Part shown: positions 19,765 to 28,300 of the stretch, one piece after another
Position numbering within the stretch: position 1 is the stretch's first letter
How the letters are laid out: the number at the start of each line of letters is the position of its first letter
Virus record (IMG/VR): IMGVR_UViG_3300042471_000812
Strand: one strand, 5' to 3'
Length of the DNA: 64,000 nt
Origin: an uncultured virus (IMG/VR IMGVR_UViG_3300042471_000812)
Lineage: Duplodnaviria; Heunggongvirae; Uroviricota; Caudoviricetes
The notes under the pieces: model-generated
The model's database searches: none
The model's input: the letters and a program-made list of their open reading frames with translations, nothing else
Told to the model about the DNA's origin: nothing
Program-made: the position numbers and the translations under genes

Positions 19765-19835
19765 GGTTTAAAGGATTAAAGGGTTAAAGGTTTGAAAAGG
19801 AGCGCCGGTTTTTAGGCCGGCGCCGAAGGGTTAAT

Positions 19836-20306
19836 TTATGAGAAATACAGTTTAGTGTTGCGTGTTTTAATACGCCAATTACGTTTAATCGCGGCGCGTA
19901 TTTCGTTCCCATCTTTGTACACGTTGCTGCCGTCTTCATACTTTTCGCCTCTGTAACTTTCCCAAATTACAGAAGCTAAAGCTCTGCAAGCCGCCGTTCT
20001 GTACTCAGTAGGAAAATACTGCCCAGTGATATACTGAAGCTTACCGCCCTCCAAAGATAGGCGCCCTGAGGTGCTGGTGAGGTGTTTACTTAATACTTCG
20101 TCAATGTTTGCGCCGTACCGGTCTGATGCGAGTTCTAATAGCTCGTAAAAGCTGTTTCGGTCTTTAAGTGCCTCGTTGTAGTCTTGCCGGTAGTCTTTCA
20201 TACTTCCATAGTTGCAAAGGTCGAAGCCTGGGCGTTGGTTAACAAAGTTTCTTAGCATTGAGGTTGCTTGTAGAGTGTTCATGGTGTTAATGGTTAAATG
20301 GTTCAT
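19836..20306 (-). CDS. Hypothetical protein
   Basis: QRPGFD...GQYFPTEYR; early-region ORF. Confidence 0.65.
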   Translation of the reverse strand: MNHLTINTMNTLQATSMLRNFVNQRPGFDLCNYGSMKDYRQDYNEALKDRNSFYELLELASDRYGANIDEVLSKHLTSTSGRLSLEGGKLQYITGQYFPTEYRTAACRALASVIWESYRGEKYEDGSNVYKDGNEIRAAIKRNWRIKTRNTKLYFS

Positions 20307-20362
20307 AATTGATAAAGGGTTAAAGGGTTAAAGGGTTAAAGGTTTAAATGTTATCGGATTTT

Positions 20363-20572
20363 TCAGTCGCGCCGAAGGGCATTACCTAAATTAGCGGCCA
20401 AAACAATACTAAGTAAAGCAAGACAAGCACTCATAAAGAGTAAAAACCAATCTTCCTTCATTACCGCCCAATAAAGCACCTGGAGAAAAAGTCCAAGGGC
20501 ACCGGCAAAAAATAAAACGTAAATAAGCTGCTGAACTTTGCGGTTTAAGAAAGATAAAAGGATCAAAAGCAT
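20363..20572 (-). CDS. Small membrane protein
   Basis: Two hydrophobic segments; conserved AAAAACCATG leader. Confidence 0.55.
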   Translation of the reverse strand: MLLILLSFLNRKVQQLIYVLFFAGALGLFLQVLYWAVMKEDWFLLFMSACLALLSIVLAANLGNALRRD

Positions 20573-20583
20573 GGTTTTTGGTA

Positions 20584-20850
20584 TTAAGGGGTTTGAATGA
20601 ATGAAAAAAGATAGGCACCTGGGCGGAGTAGATATTCAGAGTACACGAGCTTGAAGCCTGCAACCTCTATTATTTTGCTGTCATCCCCAAAGTTCACCGG
20701 CCAAGAGCTTTGTAAATATGCTCTCTCGCAGCCTGGGCATACTTTGTTAATTACTTTGGCAAAAATCCTATTTGCTTTCTCGTTTTTGTCCTTGGAAATG
20801 TAGTTCCAAGTTTTCGGTATTGGTTTGTCGCCTGTGGTGTAGGTTTTCAT
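20584..20850 (-). CDS. Hypothetical protein
   Basis: Conserved leader. Confidence 0.6.
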   Translation of the reverse strand: MKTYTTGDKPIPKTWNYISKDKNEKANRIFAKVINKVCPGCERAYLQSSWPVNFGDDSKIIEVAGFKLVYSEYLLRPGAYLFSFIQTP

Positions 20851-20913
20851 GTGTTTTTGTATTAAAGGGTTAAAGGTTGCGCGTTAACAGAGCCGCGCCC
20901 CTCTGGGATTAAT

Positions 20914-21183
20914 TTAGATATACTCAAAGTTAAAGGTCCGCACCGTTTTGGTTTGCTTGTCGGGGCTTGTTGCTGTATCTTTTACAACTTTGTACCCATA
21001 ACAAGTGTAAGAGCGCTGCTGAGAAACTGATCCGCCTAGGCGCCTAAAGAACGAAGCGGAATCGATGATATTCGTGTACTGCTTCTCGCTTATTTCTTTG
21101 GTCTCCGTTTCGCGTAAAAGATACGTCGTTTTTGTGTTTGGGTTTTTGTCGAAGCTTTCTGTTTTTAACGTGATTTTTAACAT
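20914..21183 (-). CDS. Hypothetical protein
   Basis: Conserved leader. Confidence 0.6.
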   Translation of the reverse strand: MLKITLKTESFDKNPNTKTTYLLRETETKEISEKQYTNIIDSASFFRRLGGSVSQQRSYTCYGYKVVKDTATSPDKQTKTVRTFNFEYI

Positions 21184-21201
21184 GGTTTTTGGTATTAAGG
21201 G

Positions 21202-21450
21202 TTAAACAAGATTAACAGCGGCAGCCACTCCGTCCGGATTGCAGCCTGCATAAAGCATGGCGATGGCTATTGTTTTTTTGTACTTTGGCTGATAAGATAA
21301 GATTCCCATGTAGTCCCCATAATAGTTTTTAGTTGTTTGGGGGGCGGCATGAATAGCGTCAAGGGCTGGAGCCAAGTCTTCCGCTAATTTTTTAATAACG
21401 TCCTGCAATTCAGGGCTTAGATTGTTGATAAAACTTTGAGCTTTTGTCAT
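21202..21450 (-). CDS. Hypothetical protein
   Basis: Conserved leader. Confidence 0.6.
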   Translation of the reverse strand: MTKAQSFINNLSPELQDVIKKLAEDLAPALDAIHAAPQTTKNYYGDYMGILSYQPKYKKTIAIAMLYAGCNPDGVAAAVNLV

Positions 21451-21505
21451 GGTTTTTGGTATTAAGGGTTAAAGGTTTCTGAATTATTGTAAGGCGCCGA
21501 AAGGC

Positions 21506-21736
21506 TTAAATGTAAGATACATTCCCGTACCGGTCATATTTATACTTAATAGTAACGCCTAGGGAATCAGTAAGCGATACAACCCGATCCTTTTTATCGT
21601 AAACTCTATTGCTAAAGTAACCGGTTGAAGCTTCAAAGCGGGTGCAATTACCGCGCTCATCGTATTGCCAATTAAAGGTGATGCCGTCAACTGTTTGTTG
21701 GATGCGCCTGCCGTTTGCGTTTCTAATTGTGGTCAT
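21506..21736 (-). CDS. Small YD-repeat protein
   Basis: YDERGN, YDKKDR, YDRYGN repeats; probable ATG at 21736. Confidence 0.65.
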   Translation of the reverse strand: MTTIRNANGRRIQQTVDGITFNWQYDERGNCTRFEASTGYFSNRVYDKKDRVVSLTDSLGVTIKYKYDRYGNVSYI

Positions 21737-21746
21737 GGTTTTAGGC

Positions 21747-22001
21747 TTAAATGTTAACAGCTTTAGAAAAGTCAGGGGCAACCCGCATATCTAATACAGC
21801 TATGCGCAGGCGGTCAATGTTATTTTTCTCAGCATAAGCAATACCCGCCCTCTCAAGCTCATCTAGATTAGTATATCCCCTGCACTCAAATAGAATGTCT
21901 TCCTTGTAATCAGGTTCACCCGCTTTAGTAACGTAAAGCAACGTTGTGGTTTGGGAATGTTGCGGTAAAATTTGCCGCGTGATTTTGATTTTTGCGTTCA
22001 T
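21747..22001 (-). CDS. Hypothetical protein (first gene of the leftward early operon)
   Basis: Downstream of TAGGTTTG promoter element at 22030-22037 (minus). Confidence 0.6.
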   Translation of the reverse strand: MNAKIKITRQILPQHSQTTTLLYVTKAGEPDYKEDILFECRGYTNLDELERAGIAYAEKNNIDRLRIAVLDMRVAPDFSKAVNI

Positions 22002-22029
22002 GGTTTTTGATTTTGATTATTGAACAAGA

Positions 22030-22037
22030 CAAACCTA
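22030..22037 (-). promoter_or_regulatory. Bacteroidota sigma-70 -7 element (TAnnTTTG)
   Basis: TAGGTTTG; similar elements precede genes at 25254, 28277, 30533, 34480, 36512, 38633, 40901 (plus). Confidence 0.65.
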
Positions 22038-22399
22038 CAAACGTTTTTTTTAAAAAACAATACCCCGCAAGAAATAAAAGCAAAAAAAATGCATCTTTTT
22101 TTAATCTTTTTTTAAAAGCCCTTTATTTGCAAGGCATACAGAACGAGAATAATTTTTGAAAAGTGTACATTTTTTAAGGGTTGGAAGGTATAAAGGTAGG
22201 GGTTGGGGGAGTGTAGGATAAAGAAAAAGTGAACCGTTGACCATACTCAGGCATCAAAATAGGTGCAAAATTGCCAACCGTTGCGCACCTGAATGAAGCT
22301 AATGGAGTTTTTTGAGAGTAGGTATGCATCTAAATAACATTTGCGAAACGAACAAAAGGGAAATGTTATTGCGTAAAGATACACCCGCGTCCAGGTATG

Positions 22400-22910
22400 C
22401 GCCCAGGTGTGCGCGTGTGTGTGCGTGTGCGTGCGTGCGCGTAAAACTTTTCGCGTATGGATCAGGGCGTGGCAGGTGCGTTTCGTTTCGCGTTTCTTTT
22501 CGCGCGTATGTGCGTGCGTGGGGGTGCGTGCGCGTATAGGTGCGCGCGTGGGGTGGGGTGGGGTGCAAGGCCGCCGGTACTTTTGGGCGCGGGCGCATCG
22601 GCTGGCTTCTACATATACACCGGGAACACAAAGGGATAAGCTGTTTACCTTTACCACAACCCCAAGGCTCTTTACCACACCCCTTTACCACGAACCCAAG
22701 GGGATAAGCTGTTTACCACAACCCCTTTACCACACCCCTTTACCACTTCCCAAGGCTTCTTTACTTCCCCAAGGCTGTTTGGCGTACATGGGGGCTGTTT
22801 GCTTCTCTCTGGGTTACCTTGTTGGTAGTTGTCTATTGGGTTACCTTTTCTCTTGGTTACCTTATTGGGTTCTCTTTGGTTGGGGGGGGTGGGGTTGTGG
22901 GGGGGGGGTG
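22400..22910. repeat. Non-coding low-complexity/iteron block (candidate origin or packaging region)
   Basis: Alternating purine-pyrimidine tracts 22407-22550; six TTTACCAC copies 22650-22746; GGGATAAGCTGTTTACC twice; three GGTTACCTT; G-runs 22881-22907. Confidence 0.7.
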
Positions 22911-22952
22911 TTTTTTTGGCAGGGGTGCTTTTCGGCGCGGTTGGGTAATGGG

Positions 22953-23198
22953 CTATTTTTTGGAAGATTTCCCTCCCTTGCCGTTCCTTGCCCTATTGGT
23001 GCTTTTAGCTTCGTTTACGAGCTTCCCAGACTTGGTATGGGACTTATCCATGCCTTTAGGTGCTGGGTTGGCTCTATTGGCTTTATTTAGGGCTGCACGA
23101 TACTTTCTACGCTCTGGGGTGGAGTGGTATTCTTTGTTATAGGCGTTTTTCTTCTTTCGGGCCTCTGGGTTTTGCTTGAAGTATTCGGCTGATTTCAT
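22953..23198 (-). CDS. Small basic HNH-like protein
   Basis: GMDKSH...STNRARNG; TATCTTTG promoter element upstream (23203-23210, minus). Confidence 0.6.
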   Translation of the reverse strand: MKSAEYFKQNPEARKKKNAYNKEYHSTPERRKYRAALNKANRANPAPKGMDKSHTKSGKLVNEAKSTNRARNGKGGKSSKK

Positions 23199-23478
23199 GC
23201 TACAAAGATAAGCCTTTCGGCCAAATTGCCCTTTTGGAACGATATTCCAATTTTATATTAAATGTCTATCCCAAAAGTACAAAAACGAAAAGGGGGGTTT
23301 TATACAAAAATTCCCGATGCAAGCCTTTTTTATTTGCTTTTTTTATTAATTGTTAACAAATGGAAAGATGTCGTGGGGTTCGAGTTGTAGCTGTTCAACA
23401 AGAATCTTTATCCCTTCAATGGCTTGGAGAACTGAGCAGTCTAGGTTATACTCCACAGTCATTTTATCCCCTTCCTGT

Positions 23479-23718
23479 TCAAATTTGATTAGTAGGTGCT
23501 GCATTTATTGAATCGCATAAATGTTTGGCTAGATCGTAATCTTGCTGGGTTTCATACTTGTGGCTGGGGGCAGGCTTCCCCCACACCCTTAGCCATCTTT
23601 GGGAAGGGGCAGTGCCCAGGTTGGTGTAGAACTCTATAACGCTTACCTTGTCTCCAGAGGTTATTTCTAGCTCTGTGCCTAGGTAGTTGTTGTCTAGGGG
23701 AAGGATTCTAGCTCTCAT
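23479..23718 (-). CDS. Hypothetical protein
   Basis: ATGA-coupled to the phosphoesterase gene. Confidence 0.55.
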   Translation of the reverse strand: MRARILPLDNNYLGTELEITSGDKVSVIEFYTNLGTAPSQRWLRVWGKPAPSHKYETQQDYDLAKHLCDSINAAPTNQI

Positions 23719-24752
23719 CGTACTTTACGGTTATCAATGCGAAAGTTTTCAACGCTGAAATCCCCATCTTCATCAATCTCAACAATTGCAGCACCGTGAT
23801 TCCATTTCGTGTATGCGAATGGGCGGTATGCTGGTTGCAAGTCGCAAAGGCAACCCGTAGAAAAGCAAGCAACTCCTTTGCTGTTCAGGTCGCTTTCGTG
23901 ATGCTCCGATGTTTGATGGTTGTGGCCAGCCAATACAGATGCCTTGCCCCGCAGAAACAATCCCCGTGCTGGGTTTACCGGGCTGAATATGCTATCACCA
24001 AATTCGTGGCCATGCAGTACACTTAGCTTGCCGAACTTGGCGTGTTGGCGGCTGTCGATTAACTCAATATCAAGTTCATCAAGTCCCAATGCAGCCTTTA
24101 GTTGAAGCCCGGGCAAGGTAATCAACTCAGGTGCGTTTTGAAGTATGTACCTATCCCAGCGGTCTTCGTGGTTGCCCAGCTTGTAAAAAACAGGCAGCCC
24201 AAGGCTTACAAGCCCAGCCAAGAAATCCCGAACCATTTGCACCTCAACGGGGGCCGACATCAACGCTGGGTCTTTTTCCCATCGGCTAATCTTAGCGAAG
24301 TCGATTACATCGCCGTTTAGGTATATCGCATCAACCCCGTTTTTGAACCCGTAGTCGATAGCCGTTTCGATTGCTGGCAGTTCGTGGTACGGGAAATGAA
24401 GGTCGGACAAAACCAAGGGCTTGCGTATGTTGTTCGGCAGATGCCATACCTCTTTGCTGGTCTTTTCCCCTCGGCCCATGAACGCTTGCATGTATTCGCT
24501 GGGCTTCATTTGCTCAGGGTTGTATAGCTTTTCCCGAAACGACCCGCTGATTGTTGCATGAGCTTTAAGCTTTTCGCCTACCGCACCCGTTCGGTAGCGG
24601 ATTGAACATCGCACCCTATCAACCTCTTTGTTCGTTTGCTCAAATGCACCGGGGTTTTCCATTACAATTTTGCGGGCTAATGTACGTTTAAAAAAACCCG
24701 GTTCTTGGGTATCAACGTAGCTGTCTATGATTTTTACTTGTTGTTCGGTCAT
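23715..24752 (-). CDS. Calcineurin-like metallophosphoesterase
   Basis: SDLH, NGD..D, GNHE, HGH, GHNH motifs. Confidence 0.9.
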   Translation of the reverse strand: MTEQQVKIIDSYVDTQEPGFFKRTLARKIVMENPGAFEQTNKEVDRVRCSIRYRTGAVGEKLKAHATISGSFREKLYNPEQMKPSEYMQAFMGRGEKTSKEVWHLPNNIRKPLVLSDLHFPYHELPAIETAIDYGFKNGVDAIYLNGDVIDFAKISRWEKDPALMSAPVEVQMVRDFLAGLVSLGLPVFYKLGNHEDRWDRYILQNAPELITLPGLQLKAALGLDELDIELIDSRQHAKFGKLSVLHGHEFGDSIFSPVNPARGLFLRGKASVLAGHNHQTSEHHESDLNSKGVACFSTGCLCDLQPAYRPFAYTKWNHGAAIVEIDEDGDFSVENFRIDNRKVR

Positions 24753-25053
24753 AGGTTTTTTTTGGGGACTAAGATATGCAAAAAAAAACCAACCCCCACT
24801 TTTTCAAGATGGGGGCTGGTAAAGACGACAGGAGACATCACAAAGATACTTAATTTTTACTTTTCGGCGCGGTGGGGTATTCGTAACATTTATTGCCAAT
24901 ATTTGTTACGATAATCGAGATAAAACCGATTACCATAACCTAACGTAACAACTTGTAAGAAAAGGGATAAAACGCTTTGTTTTTGCGTCTTTAATGACAA
25001 GTTAGTAGTCAAGAGATGAAGGAGGCATTTCTACCTCCTTCATGCATCTTACA

Positions 25054-25170
25054 TAGCCGAAGACAGGATTCGAACCTGTATGAAATTATGCTTTAGTGTA
25101 CCATCATGTGTTTCCACTTAGATACAAAGTTAATTTCTTTCTTAGCGTCTACCAATTCCGCCACCTGACT
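25054..25170 (-). ncRNA. tRNA-like RNA lacking a canonical anticodon arm
   Basis: AGTCAGG-TGGCGGAATTGGTAGACGC (Leu-type D arm) ... ACAGG-TTCGAAT-CCTGT (T arm); imperfect acceptor stem; ~65-nt central insert. Confidence 0.65.
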
Positions 25171-25265
25171 ATGACACAAAACTAATAAAAGAAACCAAAC
25201 CTTAAAAGTGTTAAAAAATGTTAACTGCATGGCAGCATTAAAGAAATGTTATTTACATTTGTGGC

Positions 25266-25916
25266 ATGAGATACATAGCTTATGGTAGGACATCTACCAA
25301 CAAACAGGACAATGGCATTGAGGTTCAGCGCCAGGCATTGCAGACCTACAACCCTGAGAAGTGGTTTATTGAGCAGGAGAGTGGTAAGAATAAGGAGCGG
25401 CCTCAGCTTCTTGCAGCGTTAGAGTATTGCAAGGAGCATGATTGCACGTTGTTATTCTATAAGATTGACCGATTGGCTAGGGACGCCGAATATGCACTAA
25501 AGATTAAGAACTCTGGTGTAAAGTTACGCTGCCACACCATGCCGGAGATTAACACGATGGTATTTGGTATTTTTGCTGTTATCGCCCAAGATGAGGCTGA
25601 GACCATTTCCAAGCGGACAAAGGAAGCCCTTAACATCTTAAAGCAGAATGGCAAGAAGTTGGGTTATTATTCCCACAAGCAGGAGTTACCTAGGGAGCAT
25701 TTTAACTATATGCAGGAGCGTAGTGTTGAGGTTCGTAGGGAGAGGTCTAAGGCTAGGCTTAGTAATGCTGTTAGGCTTGCTAGGAGGTTTAAGGATTCGG
25801 GTATGAGTTATGCTGCTATTGCCGAGGAGTTTAATGCTCTTGGCATGAAGAGTTCTAGGGGTAAAGGGTTTTTGCCTATGACTGTTCAAAGGCTTATTCG
25901 TTTCGGCGCGGTATGA
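25266..25916 (+). CDS. Serine recombinase (resolvase/invertase family)
   Basis: YGRTST catalytic Ser, ESGKNKERPQL, KIDRLAR, ISKRTKEAL, C-terminal HTH. Confidence 0.9.
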   Translation: MRYIAYGRTSTNKQDNGIEVQRQALQTYNPEKWFIEQESGKNKERPQLLAALEYCKEHDCTLLFYKIDRLARDAEYALKIKNSGVKLRCHTMPEINTMVFGIFAVIAQDEAETISKRTKEALNILKQNGKKLGYYSHKQELPREHFNYMQERSVEVRRERSKARLSNAVRLARRFKDSGMSYAAIAEEFNALGMKSSRGKGFLPMTVQRLIRFGAV

Positions 25917-26209
25917 CCTTCCCCTGCATAGGTTGTGGTGCGTGTTGCCGAAGGGTTGGTAGCATACAAAAGTTCCCCGAAGACCACCCTCTACACTTTC
26001 CCTACAAGAACACTAATGGTGTGTGTGAAAACCTTGTAGATAATCAGTGTAAGGTGTATAATGACAGGCCGTTAGTGTGTAATGTTGAGAAGCTCCGAGA
26101 GTTTTTAGGCGCCGAAAAGGAATCCTTTTACGCTGAAAACATCAAGTATTGTCGTATCTTTGCCAAAGAAGACGGCATAGATTATGATAATCATAGACAA
26201 ATCCCCTGA
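25913..26209 (+). CDS. YkgJ-family Cys-cluster (Zn/Fe-chelating) protein
   Basis: CIGCGACC...C...C.VY..RPLVC. Confidence 0.85.
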   Translation: MTFPCIGCGACCRRVGSIQKFPEDHPLHFPYKNTNGVCENLVDNQCKVYNDRPLVCNVEKLREFLGAEKESFYAENIKYCRIFAKEDGIDYDNHRQIP

Positions 26210-27506
26210 GAAAAAGTCTGCCCCCTACATCTGGCAAGACCCAGAGGTATCAAAAATGACCAAGAAGCAAGAAATCGCTTGGAGGGAAGAGGAGATACGA
26301 AGGTGGCGAGAAGGGTACAACGGCATTATGCCTTCCCACTATTTCGCCCTAAGCCAAGGCTTCATCAAGCTCCCATCAGGGAAAACCGTAAGACCTTGGT
26401 GGAGGGATTGGGACGCTGGATTGCACGAACAATATGAGAACGATAGGAAGAAACACAACTCCCTATATGTCTTTAAGCGTAGGCGATACGCCCTTACCAC
26501 ATACTTTGTTGGCTTTGAGCCGTTGCGCATAGCCCTTACCGATAAGGGTTCGGTGTGTGGCTTTACCTCTTGCGATGTCCCTCGCGGCAACACCGCGTAC
26601 AGGGAGAAGCTAATGGTAGCCTTTAGCAACTTTGATGCTCAGTGGAACTACACCAACCTAGACGCTAAAGACTTGAAGGATTTGGAGAAGGATAATGGCT
26701 TGCCGGATTGGGAAGTGTTCCGCACTGCCCCAGGCACTAGAGATGGCACCAAATTGCGTATTCAGTTTATGAAGAAGGAAAAGGTAGGCACTCTGGAGAA
26801 GTTTCGGGAAACGACAGATATAAGCGAAATAACCTATGCCCAGACATCTAGGAAGGAAAGCGATGCTGCCGCCTTTGAGGGTTTTACCATGAACTATTTG
26901 TTTGTAGATGAGTTTTTCCTTCACCCATACGCAAATAGGGTGTATGCTTCGGCGGAGGCTTCCCTTTCAGATGGCTTTGTGAGAACTGGAATGTTTATCA
27001 CTGGCGGTTCTTGTGGGGAGATGTCCCATCAAGGTATTGCCAATGCCAGAAGGGTTATCAAAGACAGCACCGATGGGAGCAAGGAGAGTGTGTTCTTTAT
27101 CCCCGGTTATGCTTGTGTGGATAAAGCCCCAGAGTTTGATGAGTTTGGCAATGAGACCGGCAAGATAGTTTCCTTCATGCATGGCAACGCTGGGCATCAC
27201 TATGTTGGCTCTAGGAGAATACACCAGCCGGCATACAGCGATGAGAAAAAGGCTAGGGATTATATCCTAAGCACTAGGGAGAAGTTATCAAGAAGCAGCG
27301 ATCCAACAAAGTTTCGTCAGTTTATGAAAGCCTATCCAATTACTTTGGACGAGTTGCTAGAGGCCAGTGGCGATAGTTTGCTCTCTGATGATATTATGGA
27401 GTATGCTAGGAGGCAGAAGAAGGCTATCCTAAACCAAAAGGACAAGGCGTTTATCGAGTATAAGTTCAAGCAGATAGATGGTCAGCTTAAAATCGTGCCG
27501 CTATGA
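26184..27506 (+). CDS. Terminase large subunit, N-terminal ATPase part
   Basis: KRRR Walker-A-like segment, LFVDEF Walker B, FFIPGY, YPITLDE; lies upstream of portal. Confidence 0.7.
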   Translation: MIIIDKSPEKKSAPYIWQDPEVSKMTKKQEIAWREEEIRRWREGYNGIMPSHYFALSQGFIKLPSGKTVRPWWRDWDAGLHEQYENDRKKHNSLYVFKRRRYALTTYFVGFEPLRIALTDKGSVCGFTSCDVPRGNTAYREKLMVAFSNFDAQWNYTNLDAKDLKDLEKDNGLPDWEVFRTAPGTRDGTKLRIQFMKKEKVGTLEKFRETTDISEITYAQTSRKESDAAAFEGFTMNYLFVDEFFLHPYANRVYASAEASLSDGFVRTGMFITGGSCGEMSHQGIANARRVIKDSTDGSKESVFFIPGYACVDKAPEFDEFGNETGKIVSFMHGNAGHHYVGSRRIHQPAYSDEKKARDYILSTREKLSRSSDPTKFRQFMKAYPITLDELLEASGDSLLSDDIMEYARRQKKAILNQKDKAFIEYKFKQIDGQLKIVPL

Positions 27507-28276
27507 AGACACTAAGTAAGTTAATGATACTAGAACACCCTCAGGCTGATGGGATTTATTACATGGGCACTGACCCTATACCTTTTGGAGATAGGGGGCA
27601 GGCACACCTAGAGACTGAGGAGCGAAGTAAACAATGCTCTGTGATTATTCGGGAGAACCCAGAGAATGAAAAGGCTCCCTATCCTGTGGCGTATTACCTT
27701 GCTAGGACTAATGATGTGGACTTTGTGTTTAATGAGACCTTTGCTTTGCAGAAGGCTTATAATGATTGCAAGAACAACTTAGAGCGTAATGCTGGGGGTG
27801 TGTTTATGCAGAGGTATGATGATTCAGGGTTGAGCAGGTATTTAAGCCATTATCCCTATTCGGCGCTTTTGGCTAATTGGCGGAATGCCAAGCTAGGGAA
27901 AGAAAAGAAAAGGCTTAGAGGCTGGAACAACGATAACAGCACCAAAGGGCCAGCAATCAAAGTATTGGTGGAATGGATAATCTATGGCATGGATTACTGC
28001 TGGGGATATGAGATTATTGAAGACATTGAAAAGTTGGGGGTAGAGAATACCGATATTGCCTGGGCGCTTATCGCTGCCCTGTTAGACTGGAAGCACCACT
28101 ACAACATCAGGGAGATTAAGTACCAAGAGCAGAAGCCAATCTACAAGACTGTGTATGTGAGTGAGGGCGGCAGGCCAGTGGCGAAAAGGATTAAACTAAG
28201 GGGTATCCAAGGCCACGAGGGTATAGACATGGACTTGAGGCTTACCCACAACCCAAAGTCAGATGGATTTTTTTAA
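27503..28276 (+). CDS. Terminase large subunit, C-terminal nuclease part
   Basis: ILEHP, YYMGTDPI, LERN, NTDIA RNase H-like acidic residues. Confidence 0.7.
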   Translation: MKTLSKLMILEHPQADGIYYMGTDPIPFGDRGQAHLETEERSKQCSVIIRENPENEKAPYPVAYYLARTNDVDFVFNETFALQKAYNDCKNNLERNAGGVFMQRYDDSGLSRYLSHYPYSALLANWRNAKLGKEKKRLRGWNNDNSTKGPAIKVLVEWIIYGMDYCWGYEIIEDIEKLGVENTDIAWALIAALLDWKHHYNIREIKYQEQKPIYKTVYVSEGGRPVAKRIKLRGIQGHEGIDMDLRLTHNPKSDGFF

Positions 28277-28300
28277 TATCTTTGTTGTAATTTTACCTGA

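Noticed and set aside
22630..22770. Possible CRISPR array
   Set aside because: Repeats are 8-17 nt with very short irregular spacers; no cas operon, and the Cas4-like nuclease is a common stand-alone phage gene.
22247..23142. Several overlapping ORFs (143, 130, 75, 227, 107 aa)
   Set aside because: Products of stop-poor low-complexity DNA; no protein-like composition.
25054..25170. Canonical tRNA-Leu or intron-containing tRNA
   Set aside because: No 5-bp anticodon stem with a 7-nt loop can be drawn, and the insert is too short for a group I intron; reported as tRNA-like instead.
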